From the NCBI RefSeq assembly GCF_009914755.1, contig NC_060936.1: DNA of 64,000 bases; one strand, written 5' to 3'. The stretch is from the human T2T-CHM13v2.0 reference genome, Homo sapiens. Positions 27,192-40,500 of the stretch are shown here, one piece after another (the first letter of the stretch is position 1; each line of letters starts with the position of its first letter). A model generated the notes under the pieces. It ran no database searches. It was not told the DNA's origin and was given only the letters and a program-made list of their open reading frames with translations. A program made the position numbers and the translations under genes.

Positions 27192-27629
27192 ATATACAGG
27201 TTTTTTTTTTTTAAATAAACATAGAAATTGACCATATTTAAACATGGAAATAATTCTGGTCTTAATGCTTGAAATTTACATTTGTTTTATCTGAGTTCCT
27301 TCCTCAGGAAAGGACTACTAGATCTCTCAAAACGTATCAAAGAACTGAAACTCACCAGGTCCTCACATCCAGACCATGAGAGGCCAAGCTCCTCACTCAT
27401 CATGATTGCTTCCTGCCTAGTTCCTGTTTTCCCACAAAGAGTTACATTTCTTCCCTACTACATAAACCCCCAATTTTATTTGGTCAGGGAATGGAGACTG
27501 ATCTTTCATCTCCTCAGCTGCAGCACCCAATTAAACCCTTCTTCCCTAGCAACACTCATTGCCTCAGTGATTCGCTTTCTGTGTAGTGAGCAGCAGGACC
27601 TAGGCCAAACCCCTGGTGTTTCAATAACA
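27192..27629 (+). mobile_element. Solo LTR (LTR47A-like)
   Basis: acatttgttttatctgagttccttcctcaggaaagg; ends gcagcaggacctaggccaaacccctggtgtttcaataaca. Confidence 0.65.
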
Positions 27630-28057
27630 GCTTTCTAATGCCAAATTGCTCTATTTCTTTCCTATATCTTATACTGTGAGAAACTGAGAACCAAAATGCC
27701 ACCTATACATTCCTATAATGTCTAGAAATTTTAAAATGGGTGTTCAAAAACTATTTTTTTGCATGAATGAGTGTTTGGAGGAGTACTGCTATTCCAGGTA
27801 GGTACTGTAGGAGCTGGAATTCCATATAACTGCAATGGGGCAACGTATGGTCAGATCAACTGTTTTAAGAATGTATTGAGGAAACATGACAAAATCAGAT
27901 TCAATTATAGAATCTCAAGAAAAAAGAAAAGAGTATAATGGCATACATTGTAGCACATCTTTTTAAGGACAGGGCTATCTGAAATATAAAAAGTTTACCA
28001 TAAACAGTCTAAAGAATCTGAAAATATTGGATGAAATCTCTAAGAAAAAACACCAAC

Positions 28058-28443
28058 TGATATGGTTTGGATCTGTCTTCACCCAAATTCCATGTTGAAA
28101 TGTAATCCCCAATACTGAAGGTGGGGCCTGGTAGGAGGTGATTGGATCTTGGGGGTGGTTTCCAATGGTTTAGCACCATCCGTCTCATGGTATAGCTTTC
28201 ATGAGATCTGGTTGTTCAAAAGTGTGTGGCATCTCCCCACCTCTCTCTTCCTTCTGCTCTGACCATGTAAGACATGCCTGCTTCTCCTTCACCTTCTGTC
28301 ATGATTGAAAGTTTCCTAAGGCCTCCCTAAGTGTCATGCTTCCTGTACAGCCTACGGAACCGTGAGCCAATTAAGCCTCTTTTCGTTATAAATTACCTAG
28401 TCTCAGGTATTTCTTTATAGCAGTGTGAGAACAGACTAATACA
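28058..28443 (+). mobile_element. MSTA MaLR solo LTR
   Basis: tgatatggtttgg...gagaacagactaataca; TSD ccaac/tcaac. Confidence 0.9.
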
Positions 28444-28659
28444 TCAACTATAGTAATAGAGTGGCAAAAATGCATTATGCTGATAAACGTTCAAATTAAG
28501 TCACATCTTTATTTAAATTATCATATAAACACTACTTTTAAATATCAATTTACTATGTCAACATTTAAATGCCTACTCTATGACAGTTGCAACTAAGATT
28601 AAGTCTCCTACGTGACAGTCTGTATTAGTCAGGGTTCTCTAGAGGGACAGAACTAATAG

Positions 28660-30206
28660 TGTGTCCGGAATTTGTGGGTTCTTGGTCTCACTGACTTCAA
28701 GAATGAAGCTGCGGACCCTTGCAGTGAGTGTTACAGCTCTTAAGGTGGCGCGTCTGGAGTCTGTCCCTTCTGATGTTCAGATGTGTTCGGAGTTTCTTCC
28801 TTCTGGTGGGTTCGTGGTCTCGCTGGCTCAGGAGTGAAGCTGCAGACCTTCCTGGTGAGTGTTACAGCTCTTAAGGCAGCGCGTCTGGAGTTGTTCGTTC
28901 CTTCCGGTGGGCTCGTGGTCTCGCTGGGCTCAGGAGTAAAGCTGCAGATCTTCGTGGTGAGTGTTACAGCTCATAAAAGCAGCATGGACCCAAAGAGTGA
29001 GCAGTAGCAAGATTTATTGCAAAGAGCAAAAGAACAAAGCTTCCACAGTGTGGAAGGGGACCCGAGCAGGTTGCCAATGCTGGCTCGGGCAGCCTGCTTT
29101 TATTCTCTTATCTGGCCCCACCCACATCCTGCTGATTGGTAGAGCCGAGTGGCCTGTTTTGTCAGGGTGCTGATTGGTGAGTTTACAATCCCTGAGCTAG
29201 ATACAAAGGTTCTCCACATCCCCATCAGATTAGTTAGATACAGAGTTTCAACACACAGGTTCTCCAAGGCCTCACCAGAGCAGCTAGATACAGAGTGTCG
29301 ATTGGTGCATTCACAAACCTTGAGCTAAACACAGGGTGCTGATTGGTGTGTTTACAAACCTTGAGCTAGATACAGAGTGCCGATTGGTGTATTTACAATC
29401 CCTGAGCTAGACATAAAGGTTCTCCAAGGCCCCACCAGAGCAGCTAGATACAGAGTGTTGATTGGTGCACTCACAAACCTTGAGCTAAACACAGGGTGCT
29501 GATTGGTGTATTTACAATCCCTGAGCTACATATAAAGACTCTCCATGTCCCCACCAGACTCAGGAGCCCAGCTGGCTTCACCTAGTGGATCCCGCACCGG
29601 GGCTGCAGGTGGAGCTGCCTGCCAGTCCTGCGCCGTGCGCTCACATTCCTCAGCCCTTGGGTGGTCCATGGGATTGGGTGCCGTGGAGCAGGGGACGGTG
29701 CTCGTCGGGGAGGCTCGGGTTGCACAGGAACCCACGGAGGCAGGGGAAGGCTCAGTCATGGCTGGCTGCAGTCCCGAGCCCTGCCCCATGGGAAGGCAGC
29801 TAAGGCCTGGCGAGAAATCGAGCGCAGCGCCGGTGGGCTGGCACTGCTGGGGGACCCAGTACACCCTCCGCAGCCACTGGCCCGGGTGCTAAGCCCCTCA
29901 CTGCCCAGGGCCCGCAGGGCTGGCCGGCCGCTCCGAGTGCGGGGCCCGCCAAGCCCACGCCCACCCAGAACTCCAGCTGGCCCACAAGCACTGCGCACAG
30001 CCCCAGTTCCTGCTCGCGCCTCTCCCTCCACACCTCCCTGCAAGCTGAGGGAGCCGGCTCTGGCCTTGGCCAGCCCAGAAAGGGGCTCCCACAGTGCAGC
30101 GGCGGGCCGAAGGGCTCTCAAGTGCCGCCAAACTGGGAACCCAGGCAGAGGAGGCGCCGAGAGTGAGCGAGGGCTGTGAGGACTGCCAGCACGCTGTCAC
30201 CTCTCA
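28660..30206 (-). mobile_element. LTR12C, complete 3' LTR of an ERV9 provirus
   Basis: Both termini intact (tgtgtccggaatt and gctgtcacctctca); polypurine tract adjacent at 30207-30217. Confidence 0.97.
29095..29530 (-). promoter_or_regulatory. LTR12C NF-Y (CCAAT) repeat enhancer and TATA-like box, firing leftward
   Basis: Repeated gattggtg; gcttttattctc at ~29096. Confidence 0.7.
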
Positions 30207-31214
30207 ATCCCCCCTCTAAACAGGACACCCCAACTGCTGTTGGGAATTTGGCTGATGACCACTCTAGCTACTTCCTGCTGGATAGGGGCGAAGAAGGGGC
30301 CCTGCAGTTGTGGTGTCCTTTAGAGGGGAACTCTTTAGGCCAGGTGAAGTGCCAGTGGGTCGGTCCAGGGGTCCTCGGTAGAAGTTGTTAGTTGAACTCA
30401 TTTGGGGTTCCATTTGTAAGACCATCTGTAGTTTGATGGCCTTGATTCTAGAGGAAACAAATTTGACAAGAAGGTTAAAAATACAGGGCCCAAAGGCGAG
30501 TAACAGCAAGATGGGTGCCACAGGACCTAGAAAGGGGAGAAGCCATGTTGCCCAACTCCAGAGGTTGGTATAAGAATTTGAAAGGCGTTGTCTGATTCCA
30601 GAAGCTTTTTCCTGTAAACACCAGGTGGCATCTCATATTATCCCTGACTGGTTAGTGTAAAAACAACACTTTTCCCCGAAGAAGGTGCAGAGTCCTCCTT
30701 TCTCAGCAGTGAGGAGGTCTAGGCCTCAGCGGTTTTGGAGAGTCACTGCTGCCAAAGAGTCTATTTGGGATTGTAAAGTAAGGATAGATCTCATTATTTC
30801 TTGCAAACTGTTTGAGAGGCCGATATGGGTTGAAGATCCACATAAGTAGAATATGCCTTGACTGGGTAGATAGACATTTACCCTGGCTTTTAAAGGAATG
30901 GGGTACACTGTTTTTTCTTTACTACTTCCATCTCTCTCTTTCTCTCTTGGACTTCTTCTTTGTCTTTTCCTCTCTTCTTAACTTTTTCTTTGACTTTCTG
31001 TGTCCGTCCCTCTTTCTCTCTGACTCCTTTTCTTTGTCTCTGTTTCTGACTCCCTCTTTGACTTTCTGTCTCTTTGTCTCTTCCTCTCTCTGTCTCTTTC
31101 TCTGACTTTCTCTTTCTCTCTCTTCTTCTTGCTGGTCTTTCCCTACCTCTGCCAGCCGCTTATGCTGCTGTTCTCCCCTCTCCTTCCCATTTTGATGGCT
31201 TTGTCAGTGTAAGA
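30207..31214 (-). mobile_element. HERV9 internal remnant (RNase H end, purine-rich tract, deleted env)
   Basis: Minus strand tcttacactgacaaagccatcaaaa...; (GA)-rich tract 30930-31130; env TM. Confidence 0.9.
30264..30908 (-). pseudogene. ERV9 env pseudogene: short SU piece fused to TM
   Basis: Translation ...[40 protein letters not shown]...LLPFLGPVAPILLLLAFGPCIFNLLVKFVSSRI; immunosuppressive domain (ISD) and CX6CC present, two in-frame TGA. Confidence 0.92.
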
Positions 31215-32265
31215 ATAGGATAGGTATTTATAAAGGGAAATTTATTAAGGAGTATTGACTCTCATGATCACAAGATGAGGTCCCACAATAGGCTGTCTGC
31301 AAGCTGAGAAGCAAGGAAGCCAGTCCAAGTCCTAAAATCTCAAAAGTAGGGAAGCCAACAGTGCAGCCTTCAGTTTATGGTCGAAGGTCGGAGAGTCCCA
31401 AAGCTGAAGAACTTGGATTCTGATGTTCAAGGGCAGGAAGCATCCAGCACAGGAGAAAGATGTAGCCCGGAAGACTAAGCCAGTCCAGTCTTTCCACATT
31501 CCTCTGCCTGCTATCATCGTACCTGCGCTAGATGGTGCCCACCCAGATTAAGGGTGAATCTGCAACTCCCAGTTTTCAAATGTTAATCTCCTTTGGTGAC
31601 TTGCTCACAGACACACCCATGAACAATACTTTGCTGTTGTAATCCGATCAAGTTGACACTCAATATTAGCCATCACAAATGCAAATATAATTCTGCTTTC
31701 TAAATGACAATACCTACAATATAAATGATTACATATATGATTGTATCTACTAGATGAGTTATATATATGACCATTACAAAGTTAAGTGATAGATTTCTTG
31801 CCACTAAAGAAACTAAAGTTTTGTAATAGATGTCAAACATACAAAGTAACAGAGGATGTAGGCTAGAGTTGCGTGTTGCACCATTCTGAATCTGTATAGA
31901 ATAGAAGAATGAGATTATCCTGATTTAAACCAATTATTTGGGGTGACATTAATGTTGGTCAGTCGTTCACATTGTCACAATATCTCCATAAGAGAAACTA
32001 ACAGAGGGCATCACCAAGGAGACACCATTTGACATGATGAAATTGGGGAAAGCAAAATACATTAGGATAATTTAAGTAGCTGAACAAAGTTGTAGAAACA
32101 AGAAAACCCTTGACATGTTCATGGAAGACTGAGTGGTTAACCATAACTGGAGAATAAGGTACAGGTGTGGAATGCCAGGAAGAGCTAGAAGGGCTTGGAT
32201 CACAGGGAACAATATGTCACATGCTAAATGAAATTGAAATTTATCTTGTGAGGTGTCACTCAAGA

Positions 32266-32267
<2 letters not shown>

Positions 32268-32300
<33 letters not shown>
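32268..32300. repeat. (TG)n microsatellite within a degenerate L2 (-)
   Basis: About 16 TG units. Confidence 0.95.
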
Positions 32301-32302
<2 letters not shown>

Positions 32303-32720
32303 ATGAAGTTAGTTTTTCCTTTTAGAAAGTTTGTCTATGTTAAGGAAGATTTATGATGGGAGGATTGGTAAGGGTTAGTTGATTTGAGCCTATGTTGCCT
32401 CATTTCAGTTATGTGGAATTCTAGCTCCTGAAGTACCTACCTGGAATAGTGGAATTGCTCTACACACTCATCCATTAATAAAATAGTTTTTGAACACCTG
32501 TTATTTAATTTCCAGACATTATAGGAATGTATAGAAGATTGATGATGGAGGGGAAGAGGAGAACTTCAATTGGGGAAAAGCATGAAGACTTTATCTAACA
32601 TGGTGGAAGAAGAAATGGAAATAAAGGGTCAGGCACCAGGAATGTCAAAAAAGTAAACTCAGCTCTTCTGAGGGCCTAATTATAAATGTCCTCTGAGGGA
32701 GAGAGAGCAGTCTCAGATGG

Positions 32721-33051
32721 TGTCTTAGTCAGTTCAGGCTGCTTTAACAGTGTACCATGGACTAGGTACCTTATAAACAACAAAATTCATTTGTTACAGT
32801 TCTGGAGATTGAAGTCTAAGATCAGAGTGCCAGCGTGGTTGGCTTCTGGCGAGGGTTGCAGACTGCCCTATTCTCATTGTATCCTCACATGGTGGAGAGA
32901 GTGAGAGAGCTTTCTGGGGTCCCTTATATATGGACACCTATCCCACCCATAAAGGTCCGCCCTCATGACCTCATTACTTTCCAAATAGCACTGTATGAAG
33001 GATTAAATTCCAACATGAGTTTTGAGAGTCACAAACATCCATTCCATTAGA
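32721..33051 (-). mobile_element. MLT1A-like LTR
   Basis: tgtcttagtcagttcaggctgct; aagatcagagtgccagcgtggttgg; ccgccctcatgacctc. Confidence 0.85.
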
Positions 33052-33747
33052 GATGACTTTTGGTTTTCTGACTTGAGTGACTTAGTAGATTAGGTTGCTC
33101 GTCACTTATATAGAAATATAAGAAAAGCAGTAGGATATGGGGGAGGCAGGGACAGTGTGTTGATGGAATTCTGTCTCATGTGGAACGTGCAAGCTTTTCA
33201 GTTATACAGATCTTAATCCATTTCTAGGTTGTTGTTGGCTGTGTCACCTTGGGAAAGTTGTTGAACACATTGAGTCAAATTGAGAGAGACATCAATTCAG
33301 CATTTTAAGGAATAGATACAGTTATCAAGTTACCTAATGGAACATTGAATAATTAGAGAAGAATTGAGGTTAATAAGATTCTTTTATTGAGCCCTTAACA
33401 CTTGTTTGTATATGTCCACAGTCTAATTTCATAAGCATTCTCTGTAGACTAATATTTAGAGAAATTCAATTCCAGAGTGTCAATCCTAGAAAACCTTAAT
33501 TAATTAGCTATTTGGAACATTATAAAATCACTACTGTCTACATTAATATTAGTAGATTGGTATAATATAAACATGTCTATATTAATCTGCATAATCTGCA
33601 GAGGCATACTAAACTGATGAATTATGGTTTAAAAATATTTTTTGTTATAATGCAAAATACAACCATAAATAAGATCATTGCCCTCAAGTGCAAGTAAAGC
33701 AGATGAACAAAAAACAGATATATGCTCAGAACAACGAAAAGAAATCA

Positions 33748-34276
<529 letters not shown>

Positions 34277-36319
34277 CTATCAGAACCTGTCAGGAGAAGG
34301 TGTTGAAGTTCTCATTAAGTCCGTGGTAGCCAGATAAAAACAGCTTTACAGGAGAGTAGATTCATTTTAATTGGAACAGGTCCCTGAGGAAAAAAGAAGT
34401 GCGTCACTGAAGTTACTATCTAGACCAACGGTGGCTTTGAGTCTAGACTACTCAGTGAAGCAATCATTTTCTTATTTCATTAATTCTTCTTAAAAATAAA
34501 CTTAGTCTGGATTCTCTGGAAACAAAAACTATAAAACTTGTGTATTTAACGGGAAGCGAATGTGTATGTTATGAATTCATTTGTCTGGAAGTCTGGAAAG
34601 TATTACTGAATGTGGTGAACATTTATCAATTTCAGCAACAACAAAAAAGCACACAAGATCAGCAGTGAATGAGACGAAAATCTTTTAGGGAAGAGATTAG
34701 ATTTCATCACCTATTTATGATCATTAACTTGCTACAAATTGAGTAAAGTCTACCATATAGTACATCTTCAAATAGTCACTGAATGAATGCAAGATTTTTA
34801 AAAATAAGTAAAGGGCAGTGTTAATTAAGCTATATGTGTGGCATTTGATTATTATTTATTCACAGGAATCTGTTCCTTGGCTGTTATCCCATTTATTCAG
34901 TCATGACTTTTATCTGGCCATTAGTCATGGATTGATCTCATGTTTCAGAGCTTATAGCATATCTAGTATGATACATTAGAAAGACACCTTCCATTTATAA
35001 TCATGTGTTTATGTCAGAAATTTATGACTGCCTTATCAAATAATAAAAAAATTATACTTTTCCTTTTGTTTCAATATGTAAATCCTTTTTCCTTGCTCCA
35101 GATACTATAGGTTATAAATCTGGTAAGACATGTATATACATAAGTAGGGGGTGTGCTTGTTTTCTAGGTTGAATTAGTTTATGTAACCATCTATATTTAG
35201 AGATTTGGGGGACCTCCTTAAGAAGGAACATTCTAAGCAATCATTTTCTTGTAAATAATTTTCCAGGAGGCAAAACAAGGTTTTGGCCTGTCCTGTACAT
35301 AATAGATAAATTATGTTTTGACTAGAAGTTTTTTTTTATTCATCAACTGGTTCTACCTCCGGAGTTATGACTTTTAAATATTATCCACGCACTGAATGTT
35401 CTCAATATTCAAAATAAAATTTAATGAGATACAACGTGTAAGTTTCTGGTTTGTAAGATGTAGAGCAGTTATTCTCATTGTTTCTGAGAGAACAGTCTTA
35501 TTGCTCATGCCTTGTGTATTCCCATTTCACTCATTCTTTTGGATTTATATTCCTTTTAGTCTGTGTTCTTTTCTCCTGTCAAAGAAACCAGGCAAAATAA
35601 AAACAAGCAGTGACTAATTTCATTTTAATATAATTCTTACACCAAAAAGCATGAGAAACATTTAAATGAGGAGAGAAAAAAAATCAACCTTGCTTTGACA
35701 ACATAGGAAAGTGAATTTGAAAGTACATGGGGCTATGAAATCAGTAGTCATATTTTATTGTTCTCAGGTTCTCAAATCATTTTATTTCTCAGACGTAGGA
35801 CTTAAAGAAAAACTTATGAAAGCAAGTGGTAAGTTGTCTTGCTCTCTAGCCTGTTGACCTCATGAAAACTGTGAATACAAAATTCAAATTGCAGAGTGTC
35901 CCAAATATTTGGATTCTATAACTATTAAGATGCCTTCCAACCTGAAATTCTGTGATTCTACAGTGGAACCACTTGAATTTGATTTGAGAAAGGAGATATC
36001 TTTACACCTTGTATATGATGTATTAAGTTGATGGTAAGTAGTTGTTGTTTGACAGGGGGACATGTTGACCATGAGTGTGTCTGGAGCTATATTTGAAAAA
36101 ACGAGTTTGTGCTGGGATTCCAAGTATATCTGTTTTGGAATCAGTAAGTAGTGTGACTGTAGTTATATTAATTTACATTGATTGTAGATTTATACCACAG
36201 ACTGTCCTCCTAAAACATAGCCTGAGGAGGAAAAACACTTAGCTAGAATTAATAGCTTGGGAAATTGTCTGTGGTTTTTGGCACTTAAGGGGTAAAAAAG
36301 GCAAGGTGGAAAAGAAATC

Positions 36320-37530
36320 TCCTCTCATTCCTCCACCTCCATCACTTCTCACATCCAAACAATGACAAAGTCATGCTAATGCTTCCTAAACATTCCATAA
36401 ATCTGGCTTTCCTTTTTAGTCGTCATCTCTACAATTACTGTTCCAGTTCAGTCTCTTATCCACCTCTCCCCTGGACTCTGCACTGTCTATATAAGTTCTC
36501 ATTTCTTTTTCTTTGCTTATGTTACTTTCTTTGCCTAGAATATTTCCTCCTTTCTAATTACCTCATCCTGTGTCTGATTAATTCCTTTAATCTTTTAAGT
36601 CTCGATTCAGGACATTCCTCTGAGACTTAGTGTCAGTTCTTTTGCAAAAGACTCTCTGTGTCCTTTAGGAAGTTTGGGGGCCCCTTTTCCGTTCAATATT
36701 ATGGGTATAGCATGCTCACTGCACTCACTACGTTGCATTCGACCCTTCTGGAGAAGAGGGGATCTATCTTAGTTATCTCTGTGTTCTCTGAACATAACAA
36801 AGTACTTGCTCCATAATAGTTGCTCCATAAAATATTTCTAGAGGGCCTGAAGCTTGCTCTGAATTTCCACTCTATAGTATCACTAGAGTCCGCTGTTCTT
36901 CCACAAATATTTCTTGTCTAAGTTGCATTATCATTCATCTCTACACTGTTATCTAGCCATATCATCTCTCTACTTTCATTACCTTTTCATAATTTTCAAG
37001 GAACATTCAGGGTGAATTTAGAACTCTGGTTTACCCCTTATAATACCCGTGGATCTGGCCTTTGCCTATTTCCCTTTCCAGCCTCCTCATTCTTCACTCT
37101 TCCACATGCATCTCTGACACAAATAAATAGAACTACTTGTGCTTTCTCATAAGAAACATGTGTTTCAAGCTTTTATGACTGCACATACAATTTCTCTTTT
37201 GCCTAAAACACCTTCCTTCCAATGCCTCCTTCCTTCATCTAAATCCTGTCCCTTTCTTGAATTATCAACTTTCTTGGGAAAGACTTCCCAGAGCCACTTC
37301 CACTCACATCACCTCCCCAAATCTTAGCTACTGCTCTCTTGTGTATTCTTATTGCACCCTGTGCTTTTTCTGTGAAATGCCTATTACACTTCTATTACTT
37401 CACCAACCTTGTCATTTTCTGTTTCTATTTCTTCTATGTAAGTATAAGCTCCTCAAGAGAAGAGACTGTGTCTGCTTGGATCTGTGTTTTTGGCACTCAG
37501 TACAGTATTTACCATATACTATAAGCTCAG
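36320..37530 (+). mobile_element. L2 fragments
   Basis: cacatccaaacaatgacaaagtc; tataagctcctcaagagaagagactgtgtc. Confidence 0.6.
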
Positions 37531-37881
37531 TTGTAAAGGAGAGAACAGGAACAGAGAAAAAGAGAAGGAGAAGAAGAGAGAGGAAATGGCAATAGGCATG
37601 TACTAATTTCCAGATATTTGAAATCATTCCAAATAGTGAATTTTTTAAAAATAAACAAGGATCTCAGTAGCTGACTGAATACTGTTCTCTCTGTTTCTGT
37701 AATGTTTTATAAAATAAAAATTAGTTTTATAATCAAAATATGTTTGATCGTCACAAATGAGTAAAAAAATTTTGATATTTCTATCGTTAAAGCTCCTAGA
37801 AGTTCATGAAGCTAGGAAGTAAGAAAACCAGAATGTCAATCCATCTGATTTACACAAATTGGGATTATCTGATAGCACAAA

Positions 37882-38054
37882 TAGGACTGGCTATGTAATT
37901 TGTGGGGCCCAGTGAAAAATGAAAATGTGAGTGCTTTGTTCAAAATTATTAAGAATTTTAAGACAGCAACAGCATAGCGTTAACAAGCTTAGAAATCTCC
38001 TAAGTGCAGGGCTCTGTGCAATGGCAGAAGTCATACACTAGTGCAGTGGCTTTG
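37882..38054 (-). mobile_element. MER45A (hAT-Tip100)
   Basis: ggactggctatgtaatttgtggggcccagtgaaaaatgaaaatg; same family as 8886-9058. Confidence 0.85.
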
Positions 38055-40304
38055 ACATGCCTTTCCATAGTTCTAAGGTGCTCTGCTGTTGAGTGCTAAG
38101 AATGCCGCTGGCAGCACATTTGCCAAAAGCAAACATTTTCTTGTTGGATTAGGCAACATCTGCCTTGTTGGACTAAAGAGCGAACGTATTAACAGTTAAG
38201 GACCAAGCACAATGTGGGATAAATGTTTTGATTATCTCATGAATCCTCACAATAACCTTGCTCATTCACTATCCCTTCTGTCTAAGCCACCTTTCTTTCA
38301 AAATCTTCTTCACCCAGGTGAGTCCTATACCTCTCTTAAAGCATCAACTACTCTGGGAAAGACTTCTTCAAGCCCATTCTTCTGCCTGGTCTAAATCATT
38401 GCCCTCCTATATATTTCACCCTCTTCTGCTCTAGTGGGTCACTCATGTTGATTTTACTCTGTTTATGTAAGAGTAAATTGAGGCTAGGAGAGTAACATAG
38501 CTAGGAAATAAATATTGTTGGCTTCTAGCTCCTTTCACGACTAACTCAGCCTTCTTTTATGCTACTCTAACCTGCTGGAGGTCACTTGTCCACTTAGTGT
38601 TCAGCATTAGGCATCCTTGCCATCTTACCTTTTATGCCCCTAGAAGAAACACACTGAAGGCTGATGGAATGATAGCCTTCATCTAGGTAGAAAGTGACAC
38701 ACCATCACACATATGTATCTGACCTGGGTTTTGTGATCTGGTGAAGGTATATGACCCAGTGCATCTGAGCGTAAGTAGGCATCATTATCTCTCCAGAGTT
38801 GGGAGCAAAAAGATGAGCTTAGAACACTCATCTATCTCTTTTATCTAAGAGTAATACTTACCAAGCTTTCACATGAATCTGAAAAGGAAGGCCAATATTC
38901 CACACTTTCTGGGAAGCTAGAAGACAATATTAGCATTACTTACAAGACTTGATTTGCTGAAACGCTAAGTGCTCTTTTTTTCTTTACTTTTTTAAAGTGA
39001 CAAATAATTGTACATATTTGTGGGGTTCATAAGGATGCTTTCATACGTTAATGTCATATTGCAACTGTTTCAATGGCAAAATAGGCATTTTACTATGATA
39101 TAATTTTTAAAAAGCTTGACTACAATTTAAATGTAAAAAATACATATTAAGATGTAATGTATGGGTCTCTACCTTTAAAAATTAGGATTAATATAGAGAG
39201 GATCGGGGTAGAGATTAGTACTTGGCATGTAACAGAAGATATGTGAAAGGCAAAACAGCTTCTTGAAATGTGTTAACTGGGGAGCCATCATCACGTGAAC
39301 ATTTTTCATAGTTTAATTGGCTTAATTAATTGAAAATGAGGTAATTAATTTTTAGAAGGTGTTTAAAAAGTATGGTTAAGGATGGAAATTTTATAAAATG
39401 AATTCATAAATCTTTGATAATCCTTAAACAGAATAAGGAAGTGTTGGTTTCAGTGAACTTTCCATTAATCCTGTAAGCCCACATGAGGTTAAAACAATGA
39501 GACCGTTGTTTGCAACCAGATGTTAATTATCCATAAACGGTAGTGTGGTTCATAGTAATACAGAATCTAATGTGGAATTAATTTAAAAAATCAAAAAAAT
39601 CAATTATCTGAGTATATTGGGAGGAAACCTCAATGAAACGAAGGAGATTCTACATGGGTAGTCCAAGGAATCTCACTAGTTGTTAAATAGCCTGTCTCTA
39701 GAGGTTTTTCAGCACTTATCTCCATTGTGACTAGAGGAGGAGCATTTACATCTTAACTACAAAGATATGTGTGCAGCTGAGACTGACACATCTAATAAAG
39801 GACTGCTTCGCTGCATCTGCCAAGGTCTCTTGGCAAGGGCTTTGGATCCAAATACTAAGATTTCCTAATATTTCCTGAATGGGTACTCTTTCAGAAGCAT
39901 AGCAATATTATCACCTATCCTTCCAATTCAACCACTTAGCTTCTCCTTCAGTATTAGTGTAATGGGGGTCATACTTTGAAAAATTTAACTATGCATTCTT
40001 CTTTAGCTTTCCAAGCAAATAACATTTATTATAGTTGTCCCAAGAATTTATGAAACCTGGAGAAGATTAAAGTATGTTATTGCAAATGGAATGATGTAAT
40101 AGCTTCTGACATGGAAAATAAGATTTTTCAAATTTCTTGTTACATTTCAGTGTACCAAGAACACTGGTGGATGAAGACAAAGGAAAGATGTTACTAATCC
40201 AGCCAAAAATGTGTGTCCTTATTTTTCCTTCCTTGGGCTCCTGCTCAAAGACCTAAAAAAGAGTAAATAAATGAGAGTAAATGAGGCCAGAATTGGATTT
40301 TTAT

Positions 40305-40500
40305 GCCCACTTCTTACTTGAAGCTCTGAGCTTTGCAAGCTATTCCTTACATGATCTTATGAGATAAATGTTATTCTTATTTTTACAACTGAGGCAAGTG
40401 GAGATGAGTAATTTATTCAAGATTACACAGATGGCACAGAACCTGGATTTGAACCCAGGACAGTTTGATTAACCACTCTTAATCGCAATACCATAGTGCT
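40305..40500 (-). mobile_element. MIR
   Basis: caagattacacagatggcacagaacctggatttgaacccagg. Confidence 0.7.

Larger units (their letters stand above)
28621..31677 (-). mobile_element. MLT2A (A2-like) ERVL LTR split by ERV9 (28621-28659 and 31215-31677)
   Basis: tgtattagtcagggttctctagagggacagaactaatag, continuing gatag...caatattagccatcaca. Confidence 0.9.

Noticed and set aside
39818-39836. Inverted repeat tgccaag-gtct-cttggca
   Set aside because: A 7-bp stem is expected by chance, and the NFI half-sites are in the wrong arrangement.
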